A stretch of 64,000 bases of DNA from Vicugna vicugna. Lineage: Eukaryota. A program made the translations under genes and the position numbers. The stretch is taken from contig MU058531.1 in NCBI GenBank assembly GCA_013265495.1, forward strand, positions 3,100,911 to 3,164,910, written 5' to 3'. The notes beneath the pieces were generated by a model. That model was not told the origin of the DNA and did not search any database. It worked only from the letters and a program-made list of their open reading frames with translations. Shown one piece after another: positions 24,701-34,489 of this stretch; positions within the stretch are counted from its first letter, which is position 1, and the number at the start of each line of letters is the position of its first letter.

Positions 24701-27700
24701 ACACAAAACCAGGAGGCTCTGACAGCAGAGTCTCAGCTGTAAGGAGGAATTTCATGTGTGGGGACTATTAGTGAGGTTTCTTATTTGCCCTACCTCTAAA
24801 AAGGCAATCCCAAACACTGAAGGCTAAACAGTTTATTATTTCAAAGATCCTTGTGGAAAAAAAAAAATTACTGCAGAGTCAGGCACATGAGCATTCCTCA
24901 AATACCCTCTTATTGCCAGGATCAGCTCTGGCTAAGCAGGCTACCTGAGGCCTGTTGCCAGAGAAACAGGGTTCATGATGAGCTACTTAGCTAGAAGCTA
25001 TGGATGGCCTCTCCATCCGACAATGTAACCAAGAAACTGGAATGGAAAGCAGCAGAAAAAGGACAGAATCAGAAGACACAGCAGCTGTGAGTCTTGAAAG
25101 ACATCCATACCCCCTTCCCATTATGTGAATTTCATGACACTTACCCCGATCGCCTGAAGTCTTCTTTTTTGCCACCGTAATATAAAATATAGTCATTTAC
25201 AAACTTTGTATGCCTTTGATACTGAAATGCAAAAAATTAAGGATTTTATTTGCTCAGGAGTTGTTCTGTGTCAATAATATATTAGTCAGTTAGGGGGAAA
25301 GCACAGTGTGAGTATATTTAGCTTTAAAAAATATGCAAATATATACATGTCTATAAATTCAAAAAAGACCTAAAAGGGTAAATACTAAACTGTTGAGAGT
25401 GAACACAGTAGAGAGGCTTTCCTTTCTACTGAATACTGTTACATTGTTTTGAACATTTTCTATCAGTAACTCTCTGGGGAGAAAGAGAGCTTCCATCCTA
25501 CTGCTGAACTACATACAGCCTCATACCACCACTCATTTTCATTATCACAATATGAGAAATAAGCTTTAGTTCCTAAAGTTAAAGGTAGGGGTAGAATTTT
25601 TCTTTCATTATTTTAAAACACAATTTAGCTATTCCAGTAACAATAAAGCCTCTGAAATAGAAGATGTAACTTTTATAATATTAAATCCTAACATTAGACT
25701 TTTAAAAATAAATAAATAAGAGATCAGATGTTATTTCATATACTTTCTTTTAATGTTCAGAGAAGCTACAGTCATGTTTTTTCAATGCAATATAACAAGA
25801 TATATAAGCATTTTACATTTTGTTTTAAAAAGCTCACTGGTACTCCCACCAGAGCTGAACATGCGTATAATAGAACTCTAATACTGTCTGTGACTACACC
25901 CTATTATATTGAACAGTGATTTCATTGATCACAATGTGTTCTAATAGAATATCGAATCAAAGCATAATTCCCAAACTGGCAACAAAGCAATTAACATTTC
26001 AGAAAAGAAAAAAAAAATGAAAAGAAAAGCCAGATACCCAGCGATCTGGGTTCTATCTCTTGGACTATCACTAACTGGTCATGAGATGGTGGCAAGTCAC
26101 TTAAATCTTGGGTCAGCAAACTTTCTCTGTAAATAGTAAGTATGCAGGCCATATGGTCATTGGCAAAACTACTCAGCTCTGCCATTTTAGCCTGAAAGTA
26201 GGCACAGATAATAACTATATGAATGGGCATGGCTGTGTTCTAATAAAACATTTATTTACAAAAACAGGTGGGAGGTGGGACTTTGCTTCCTGGAAGATGG
26301 AGCAAAGATGTACAGGTGACCTTTGAACAACAGGGTGGATAGGGGCCTCCATTTTCCATGGTGTCCAAAATCTGCATATAACTTATAGTCAGCCCTCTGC
26401 ATCCACGGATTCAACCAACCAGATTGTTAATACTACAGTGTTTACTACTGATAAAAATCCATGTATAAGTGGAGCCGTACAGTTCAAACCCTGTGTTGCT
26501 CAACTGTACTTTTCTCTATTCTTTCCACTAAGAACAACTAAAAACTTTAGAAATTATATATAAAACATAAGAAGACTCTGAAAGGTAGCGAGAAAAGGGC
26601 AGACCAGCTAGGGACCTCAAGACCAATGGTTTATGAAACAGTGGTGAGCTTCCCTGGTTTTCTTTTTACTTCATTAATCTCTCACTTGGAGGTGAAGAAG
26701 CTGGCAATGTGGAAAAGACAATAAGTACCGACAAAAGAAGTCCCAACAAAAGCCTGTTCTAACAAGTAACTAGGAGAAAGAGGCAGCCTAGGAAGACAGG
26801 TAACATTTAGCTAGACAATAATTACTCTACTCTAGCCAAACACTCTAGAAAACCTATGGCCCCACCTCTAACTGTGCCGGAAAAGGGGACCTAGACTTTC
26901 GCTCTCATCAGGCTGTAATTAGATGCTCCAACGTCCTCAGCTGAGTGGTATCCCAGAAGGCAGAGCAGATGTAGAGATGCTAAAGGAACAAGTGGCAGAT
27001 GAGATCCATGGAAAGCTAGGCTACTGGGTTAGGAGATAAGAGGAATAAGTAAACTGGTGACAAGAGAACTTCTATAACTTAAAGAAAGGAGTCAGGAATG
27101 ATAAAGTGAAAGACGTGCTTACAGGAGAGCAGATGTGTCCAGCTGACATTGTCTCCTTCTCCCAATCCTCACCATAGCAATAAATACCCAGAAAACCCTT
27201 CATTCTTCAATATTCCCAACAGTAATATGGATGGCCAGTGGTAGCAATTAGTGTAATAAGTTACAGATTTATCAAAAAATTGAGCTGAGACACAGCTTTA
27301 ACAGGGAAGTTAAGGTATAGCTTAAAGATAGCCCCAACTCATGTCTAAAAGTTGAAAGCCACAGCAGGCATGAGAGAGATCTATTATTAAGTACAAGTTT
27401 TACAAAGACCTTAAGTAGCCAAGAACGACGTAGGAAGATAAAAAGTTAAAATGAGACTGAAGATAATAGCATAAAAATGAGAAATGTTGACAGTTTGACA
27501 AAAATAGGTTGGGAAAACATGCAAATACATGGACTTTGTAAACCTATTTATAGAAGATTAGTAATATGTTTTATTATTTTTTGTCTCTAAATCATAATAT
27601 ACATTGTAAATAAGAACTGCACTAACAAGTATACATGAAAAAATTCCATCTTTAAATATGAAATATGTCTGACTTCACAAGATTTTATGAAATAATTTAA

Positions 27701-29386
27701 AAAATTGTATTAATTATAAAATTGAGAAATAGAAAAAGGATACAGCATCCATAGCTATGAGATGAAACCTTCTATTTCTTGCTTCTTCCCTGTTAAGACA
27801 AATTTTATTTTAAGCAAATTCAAATGTCTACATTTAATTCATATAATAAAATCCCCAAGTTTCCGGGTTTGCAAAAACATCTTGAACCAAAAAAAAGTAA
27901 TTTACATTGAAGTACCATACCTGTCCAGCAATTCTGCTGCAACTTGTTTATGGACCACCTTTCCATGTTTTTCTTTCTGAAATGGCTTTTTGAGCAGTAA
28001 GGCATCTTCAACTGTCCTGGTTTATTAAGAAGAAAGATTATTACAAGAGTTCACTTTTCCTGTTTCCTTATATTATCATGGTTGGAACATGTTTTAAAGA
28101 TTTCAACTCTTATCTAAAAAAGACTCGCTGATCTTTAATGAGAAATTTTACATCCCCTTCAATAGACTAATTAATATCTTAACTTTATTTAATACCTATA
28201 AAAGGAAGAAGATGAAACTAACAAATACGTGGGTTCTGGTGCCAGACCACTTAGGTTCTTTGGTTCAAATTTTGGCTCTGTCGTTCACTATCTTTTGCGC
28301 CACAATTTCCTTGTTTATAAAGTAGAGATAATGAAGCTCTCAGTAATCAATAACATGCAAAAAGAAAGGCTGACTATAGATGATATAGTCTATAGATGAC
28401 TGGCCTTAGTTATATAAATAGATATAACCCTAGAGCACAGTAGATTACCCAACTAGATTTGCTCAAATTCTGTTCTTACAAAGTAGTATTTTGGAATGAA
28501 AAATCTTGACAATGTAAAGCACCATAAAATGTAATTTATTACATAATTATTTCTATTCTTTTGGTTGTCCATGAAGACTGAGTACCCAACAAAAATGTTC
28601 AGTCCCAATTAGTATGCTTAATATATTGCTTTCAGTGTGAAGGAATAAACCAATTTTTAAAAGTTTGCTAAATATGAATCAATCACTCCTAAGTTGATGG
28701 ATAAAATCAAGTTTCTAAGCAATGAAAGCTGAAAACAATGCTCCTAAACACAGCAACTCCACCAAGATGTAGCCTCCTTGTAAGGCTCAGGCTTTATCTG
28801 CTAATAGTTCTTATCACTTCCCGTTCAATTAAAAACTTCCACAAGCTCCTCCCTCTGGCCACTTAGTCTGCTCATTCATAAAACCATGAGAATTGTGCTG
28901 CATCATAATCTCATCCTCTGCACTAATCTCTTTCGAAGTCAGGTGCAGCCAAGCAAAGGGATCACCAACCAAGCCCCTTCTTAGCTATTACAGTCACAAG
29001 AGCCCTTGACAGTTAAATGAAAAGTAGAAATGCAAGAGTAATTTAAGAGCTTTACCTGATTTCCTTTTTACCCCCACACTCTCCATAAATCCTTTCACAG
29101 CATAAACCTTATTTTTGAAATTTTTCACACAACTGGGCTCAAATTTTTGAGTCAATTCATTAATAGTTTGATGAACAAAAATTCACTCAGTAGAGCATCA
29201 TTGTCTTCACATGCAAACACAATCCTAAAACTCTCAATATTACTTATTTATACCTCATCTCAATCTAGAAAGGATAGAGGAAACACAGATCAATAAAAAA
29301 ATTACTTACCTTTTTTTCCTTTTGCTAGATCCTCCACAGTGTTCATCATCACTAAAATCGGAGTCATAGCCTCCGTGACCGTGCAT
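755..29386 (-). CDS. FRA10AC1: FRA10AC1 full spliced CDS span (13 coding exons, 948 nt, 315 aa); spliceosome C-complex-associated protein
   Basis: Exon lengths 77+96+46+77+84+85+46+114+43+119+39+79+43 sum to 948 nt. All introns are GT..AG and all phases are compatible. The translation starts [15 protein letters not shown] and ends [13 protein letters not shown], matching FRA10AC1 as I recall it. Confidence 0.97.
1370..1545 (+). mobile_element. MIR SINE; many other MIRs at about 2335, 5910, 6145, 11060, 13105, 17590, 18320, 31810, 41150, 53640, 56575, 61180 and 63750
   Basis: MIR core gcaagttatttaacttctctgggctcagtttcctcatctataaaatg. Confidence 0.8.
2980..3058 (-). CDS. FRA10AC1: FRA10AC1 exon 13, [25 protein letters not shown](Q)
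   Basis: acag acceptor; CA|gtaagt donor; 79 nt. Confidence 0.95.
3900..3990 (+). repeat. TA/TG-rich compound microsatellite
   Basis: ...gtgtgtgtgtatatatatatatata. Confidence 0.75.
8482..8520 (-). CDS. FRA10AC1: FRA10AC1 exon 12, [12 protein letters not shown](R)
   Basis: ttttttccag acceptor; CA|gtaagt donor; 39-nt symmetric exon; this part of the protein is less conserved. Confidence 0.88.
9700..10410 (-). mobile_element. L2 fragment
   Basis: Purine-rich L2-antisense pattern (tttaagtttagacctgaaggatgagt; atcaaggataattcccagatttctgg). Confidence 0.65.
11826..11944 (-). CDS. FRA10AC1: FRA10AC1 exon 11, Lys-rich NLS-like [39 protein letters not shown](A)
   Basis: aag acceptor; AAG|gtaaaa donor; 119 nt. 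Confidence 0.94.
13787..13829 (-). CDS. FRA10AC1: FRA10AC1 exon 10, [13 protein letters not shown](R)
   Basis: T-run plus aag acceptor; AG|gtaata donor; 43 nt. Confidence 0.94.
14976..15089 (-). CDS. FRA10AC1: FRA10AC1 exon 9, [37 protein letters not shown](R)
   Basis: gcag acceptor; AA|gtaagt donor; 114 nt. Confidence 0.95.
17195..17240 (-). CDS. FRA10AC1: FRA10AC1 exon 8, [15 protein letters not shown](G)
   Basis: cag acceptor; AAG|gtaatt donor; 46 nt. Confidence 0.95.
18008..18205. mobile_element. Tigger2-like MITE (Tc1/mariner-Tigger)
   Basis: Degenerate terminal inverted repeats (TIRs) ctaaccctcgaacaac / gcttgttcaagggtcaattg followed by TA. Confidence 0.7.
20991..21075 (-). CDS. FRA10AC1: FRA10AC1 exon 7, [28 protein letters not shown]
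   Basis: Acceptor ttttttaatggag (GAG type); AAG|gtatgc donor; 85 nt; phase fits. Confidence 0.93.
21653..21736 (-). CDS. FRA10AC1: FRA10AC1 exon 6, [27 protein letters not shown](W)
   Basis: ccag acceptor; TG|gtaatt donor; 84 nt. Confidence 0.95.
21956..24280 (+). mobile_element. 5'-truncated LINE-1 (disrupted ORF2 RT/C-terminal remnant, 3'UTR, polyA) in intron 5, antisense to the gene
   Basis: ORF2 motifs [31 protein letters not shown]; stops and frameshifts; A-tail at 24271; degenerate TSD at 21946-21955 and 24281-24290. Confidence 0.95.
25145..25221 (-). CDS. FRA10AC1: FRA10AC1 exon 5, [25 protein letters not shown](G)
   Basis: U12-type acceptor region (TCCTTAAT...ttcag); GG|gtaagt donor; 77 nt. 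Confidence 0.95.
26106..26285. mobile_element. MER58-like hAT MITE
   Basis: gggtcagcaaactttctctgtaaa...ggcatggctgtgttctaataaaacatttatttacaaaaacagg; a related fragment in opposite orientation lies at about 17815-17965. Confidence 0.7.
26313..26506. mobile_element. Tigger2-like MITE with TA TSD
   Basis: TA-caggtgacctttgaacaac...gtgttgctcaactg-TA; similar to 18008-18205. Confidence 0.75.
27744..27789 (-). CDS. FRA10AC1: FRA10AC1 exon 4, [15 protein letters not shown]
   Basis: cag acceptor; donor GCT|GTATCCTTTT (U12 type); 46 nt. Confidence 0.95.
27921..28016 (-). CDS. FRA10AC1: FRA10AC1 exon 3, [31 protein letters not shown](R)
   Basis: cag acceptor; AG|gtatgg donor; 96 nt; in phase. Confidence 0.95.
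29310..29386 (-). CDS. FRA10AC1: FRA10AC1 exon 2 (first coding exon), [25 protein letters not shown](R)
   Basis: Acceptor cag immediately before the ATG (29386-29384); donor AG|gtaagt; 77 nt. Confidence 0.96.
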
Positions 29387-29702
29387 CTGTTAAGAAGTAT
29401 AGTCAGTTACTCAGAACCCAAGTTGCTCATTGTTAAGGAAACAGAATAGTCCACAAATTAGTTAACTTTAAAAGTCACAATAGTTTTAAAGGATTGTGGT
29501 GGGTTTATCATGTTCATGGGCTATCTAGTCACCTAAAACTTTCATTCACTTTAAAGTAACAAACTTACCCTTCAGAAAATGAATCATTTTCACCTTCATT
29601 ACCATTAGGCCAACAAGGGAAACTATTCTTCGACCTTTCCATTGGAAACCAGGTCTAGAAGCTGACATGTCACTGCCTACAAGTTTCAGCAATGCTTTAC
29701 TT

Positions 29703-30339
29703 AAAAAAAAAAAAATTTATTGAAGTACAGTCAATTACAATGTATCACTCTCTGGTGTACAGCACAATGTCCTAGTCATGCATATAGATACAGATATTCA
29801 TTTTCATATTCTTTTTCATTAAAGGTTATTGTAAGATATTGAATACAGTTCCCCATGCTATGCAGAATTTTTAAAACCTTTTTAATATATATTTTTATAT
29901 ACAGTGTCTAACATTTGCAAATCTCAAACTCCCAAATTTATCCCTTCCCACCCCCTTTCCCTGGTAATCATAAGATTGTTTACTATGTCTGTGAGTCTGT
30001 TTCTGTTTTGTAGATGAGTTCAGTTTCTTTTTTTTCTTCTTTTTTTAGATTTCACATATAAGTGATATCATATGGTATTTGTCTTTCTCTTTCGGGCTTA
30101 CTTTAGTTAGAATGATGATCTCTAGGTCCATCCATGTTGCTGCAAATGGCATCATTCTTTTTTATGGCTGAATAGTATTCTATTGTATTAATATGCCACA
30201 ACTTCTTTATCCAGTCATCTGTCAATGGACATTTAGGTTGCTTCCATGTCTTGGCTATTGTATACAGTGCAGCTATGAACACTCAGGTGCATGTATCTTT
30301 TAGAATTAGAGTTTTCTCTGGATATATACCCACAAGTGG
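29703..30339 (-). mobile_element. LINE-1 3' end fragment in intron 1
   Basis: Reverse complement of the 23660-24280 L1 3' end; degenerate 15-nt TSD at 29688-29702 and 30340-30354. Confidence 0.9.
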
Positions 30340-30490
30340 AGCAACAGTTTACTTCTATTTGACTCAGAGTAATAACAGTTGCTGTGTATTTATCATCAAC
30401 TTTGTTCCAGGCATTATTCCAAACACTGCTTTTAATTCTGCTAGCTAAGAACTATTATCTCCATTTTAGAGATGAAGAACTTAAGGACGT

Positions 30491-30845
30491 TATGATATCA
30501 CTTACATGTGGAATCTAAAAAAAATGACACAAATGAACTTTACAAAACAAAATTTACAGAATAGAAAAAGACTCACAGACATAGAAAACAAACTTACGGT
30601 TACCAACGGGGAAAGAGGGGAAGTAAATTGGGAGTTTGAGATTAGCAGATACAAACTACTATACACAGAATAAACAACAAGATCCAACTGTATAGCAAAG
30701 GGAATTCTATTCAATAACTTATAATAAACTATAATGAAAAGGAATATGAAAAAGAATACTATATGTATAGCTGAATCACTATGCTGTATACCAGAAACTA
30801 ACACAAGATTGTAAATCTACTATACTTCAATTAAAAAAAAAAAAA
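30491..30845 (+). mobile_element. LINE-1 3'UTR fragment with polyA, inserted in or next to a MIR
   Basis: tatgatatcacttacatgtggaatctaaaa...tatacttcaattaaaaaaaa, similar to 23930-24280. Confidence 0.88.
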
Positions 30846-32446
30846 CTAGAACAAAATAAACCAATAATATGGGGCAAATATGTGACCAAGCTGATTCACC
30901 TGTTTCTTAAGCCCATGACCTCAGTTACTACAAACTGCTTCTCTGGAATATGCTAATATTTTTATTATTATGTTTATTTATGTATTATTTATTATTATAC
31001 TCCCATTAGTGTGAACAGTACACAATTGATGAAAATTTTCCTATCTTTTTTCATATGTGGAGATTTCCTTTTTCTTTTAAACCTAGTTTCTTCAAAGTAA
31101 AACACCTTGTTCTATGTTCTAATCAACTTTATTTTGTTTTAACTCATTTCTTAATCAAAATTCTTAGAAACACTGAAAGATCTCAACAGTCACTCAGTTG
31201 TGTTACAAGCTCCTGGTTTCAGCATTACACTGAATTTGGGAACACATTAATAGGGGATGGATGGATTACTTGACTAATGTTTCATGTCATAAATACCCAA
31301 ATCATATGGCTACCTGGAACCAGGCCTGGTCAAATGATATATATCACATTTTTTTTAAACTCTAATATTCACTATAGCAAGTACAGCATAAAGAGGAAAG
31401 AACACCCTAAGCTTCACTGCACTGGACCTAAGACAAAAATATGCTTCTGGTGCTGGCTACTTGAATAAACTACTTCATTTAAGTTTCATCAGATAAATAA
31501 AGTGGCTACATCAAAAAATCCTTAAATCCTATGAGTCTGTGATCTTTATAATTCCATTTCAAACTCAGGTGTGGGGTATATATCTCTCTTCCTTGTCCCA
31601 CAGAATTCAAGAGGATGGCTCCAGTCAAAGTCCAAGGCAAAAGTTTAGGCCACAGTTCCAACTTAACTATCATTTACATCAGACACACCTGGATCTCACA
31701 CTTTTTATCATGTTAACTCCTTGCACCTGCTGTTTTATCACATCTTTCAAATCATACCAGCCTCATTCCTTGTCCTCACTTTCCTCACATGTTGATGGGG
31801 GACAACCACTTGTGTGGAGCTTAGAGATGTGTTCTGGGATCAGCCTGCCAGAATGTAATTCCTGGCTCTGCAACTTTTCGTGTCTTTCTTTGGACGTGTT
31901 CCTTAACCTCTGGAAGCCTGTTTCCCCTTCTATAAAGTGCGGCTAACTAGAGTACCAGTCTCACAGTACTGGGCATTTAATGAGTTACCGCATACAACGG
32001 GTTTTAGAACAGATTCTGGTACAGTAAAACCCTATCAACGTTAATTACTGTTATCGTCGTCACCTGGTTCCAACACCCCGCGCCACCACCTCCTACTCTT
32101 GCTCCTCTTCCCTGTCTCATTTCTTTTCTCACTGGCGGCTTCATCCATTTCATACCCATTTCAACTCAGTCGTTGCACTAAAAAAGCACTCACTCACTCC
32201 AGACTACGAAGCAACTGACAAGGCCCGAGAAAATTCGAGAAGGGAGACGCCGGATGTCTCCAGAATCTATCACATACATACATACAAACATATATAAAAT
32301 TAACTAGTAACATACGACCAAGTTTCGAGGTCCTTCCCGACCGCAAAAACACTCATGACTCTTCTCACACACCCCTCCCTTCCTCCCTGCTCTGCCAAGT
32401 TAGTCCGTGCCCCCCTTCTTTGCCGGCGTCTGCAGCGACGACTCAC

Positions 32447-32600
32447 GGCCTGAGCGAGCCGCTGCAGCACCGGCCCCGTCCCCCGGGTCGCGCAGACCCG
32501 CCGCAGCCGCCACCGTTGCCGCTGCCGCTACCGCCGCAACCCGTTCCCCGCCTACGGGTCCCGACTGGTCGCTGCTTCCGGTCCGGCTCGGCCGCGCGTC
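32447..32600 (-). other. FRA10AC1: FRA10AC1 non-coding exon 1 (5'UTR); 5' boundary approximate
   Basis: GC-rich segment ending in GCC|gtgagt donor (32446-32441); contains the CGG-type tract; splices directly onto the ATG. Confidence 0.75.
32498..32536 (-). repeat. Interrupted CGG/CCG trinucleotide tract, probable orthologue of the human FRA10A repeat
   Basis: + strand CCG CCG CAG CCG CCA CCG TTG CCG CTG CCG CTA CCG CCG inside exon 1. Confidence 0.8.
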
Positions 32601-34489
32601 TCACTTAAATGACACCGTCCCCCGGCGCACCGCCCTTGTGCTACAGTCGAAAAAGCCCCGGGAAACAAAGGCAGCGGGAGAATAGGGCCGGAGGGGAAGG
32701 TGGAGGCTCCCAGCTTTCCTCAAGTCGCAGCATCGGGCTTTTTTCCTGGGCCTCCTTCCATTTCCCTCCGGGATCCCAGCATGTAATATTGTGTTGCACT
32801 GCTCATACGAAGCCCACGCTCCTCGTTTGAAAATATGTTTTGTTTTAGAAAAAGACCCTGTCTGAATATCACCCGCCGTCCTCTTTCTAGTAACCTTAGT
32901 AACGCCTCCTCGAGCATCCTCGCTGCGCGTCTCAGTCTCCGATCTGCCTCTCCTCCCCCTTATCCCTTGCCAACAAAACAGTTCTCATAATTAGAACAAA
33001 AATAACTTTCCATTGCTTCACCACCCACACAATAGATGCCATTCCAAATGCAGTGCTGGTGGCAGAGGAGCTCATCAAATATGCGAGGAAAGGAAGAGGG
33101 AATAGGGGATATTTCACAGGGTCTCGAATTCTCTGCAGACAAGTGACTTGGTGTATGTGTAAAAGGGATCCAAAGTAGTTACTTAAAAAAAAAAGAAGAA
33201 GAAGAAGAAGAAAAAGAAGGGAAAAAAATACAAGCAGGAAAAGTTAAATTATTTCAAGCTCCGCCAGGTTCTACCTTTTCTACAGTACGATGCCCTACCC
33301 TATTCCTTTGGTGCCTAGTTACTGAGTTCCTGTCTTGTCTCCCTCTGGCTGATACTAATCATCTTTGCTTCCTCCTCGGTACCCAACAGGGTTCTTTGGA
33401 ATTCACAAGCGCTAATTAAATATTTCTTGAATTCAACTGGCTCAGCACTGACTTTTACAGCTGGCTCATTTTAGAGAAAACCTTGGCACGTAGTACACAT
33501 TCATCGTTTTACACCATTTGCACTAAATACTACATAACAATATCCTTATCCGTTCAAGCCCCACTTCTATCCCTGTTAGTAAATTACAGACACATCCTAC
33601 TTTACCCAATGCAGTAAATGTGATCTTAAAATCTGTAAGTTAAATTATTGTAAATTCAATTATTTCAAAATGCAATCAAATTATACTTCAATAGAGCATT
33701 TGTTGAAAATATTTAAGGCAATAGGAAGCCTCATGATTTAACATTATACTATATTGAATTATTTTGCCAAGCAGTTCCTTTTTTAGTAAATATCTAAAAT
33801 ATCTATTTAGTTCATTATTTATTATTAATAAAACCAAACACACCATTACCCAGTATCCAATTTACTTTCTACCAATATTTGACCTTTAATAGCATCTCCC
33901 TACCATTCTTAATATGTTTTTGTTTGTTGCTTCATTTTACTCTCACAACAAGCCTATACTGCATGCAGTGTTATTAGTCCCATTTTGCACATAAGAAATA
34001 GAACTTAAGGCCACAGGCCTGGTGAGGGTCTAGAACTGGGAGTTCTTGTCTCCCTACAAGACCCAGTTTTCTCTCCGTCTCTTTGTGTGTGTGGCTGTCA
34101 AATTCCGTCTTTCTTTCTCTCTCTCATTCTTTTTAACTCATTGATTGTGGGGAGAGTAGCTTCTAGTCCTAACATTTTAAGAATTTCAGATCTGTTACTA
34201 CCAGACCATTCAGCAAAAGATTTGCTTTTTTCTCCCTTTGAGGCAGCAGTTATTGAAAGAGAGAAAATACAAAATATATGTTAGGGATAGACCACATGAT
34301 CTGAACTTAAAATACAGGATTGAAATCTACCTAATCAGGAAGCCTCAAGTTAGCAATTACAACTCAACAACTATAAAAAACACAAATATTTATTAAATGC
34401 CTGCTCTGGACAGAGCACTGTCCTAGTCATCAGGATTACAAATGAACAATGAACTGCTTCTTGAGTATGGCCTAGAAACAGATCCACAC

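Larger units (their letters stand above)
25222..27743 (-). other. U12-type (minor spliceosome) GT-AG intron 4
   Basis: 5' splice site GTATCCTTTT (27743-27734); branch site ATCCTTAAT (25244-25236) about 16 nt from the AG; phase 0. Confidence 0.92.
32330..32945. promoter_or_regulatory. CpG island / FRA10AC1 promoter
   Basis: Only dense CpG cluster in the window; ETS-type CCGGAAG (32575-32581, minus); GC box near 32630; X-box GTAACCTTAGTAAC (32890-32903). Confidence 0.85.

Noticed and set aside
32407..32685. Ala-rich and Pro-rich + strand ORFs at the CpG island
   Set aside because: Antisense readings of GC-rich exon 1 and the CCG tract, with non-ATG starts; stops are naturally scarce in such sequence.
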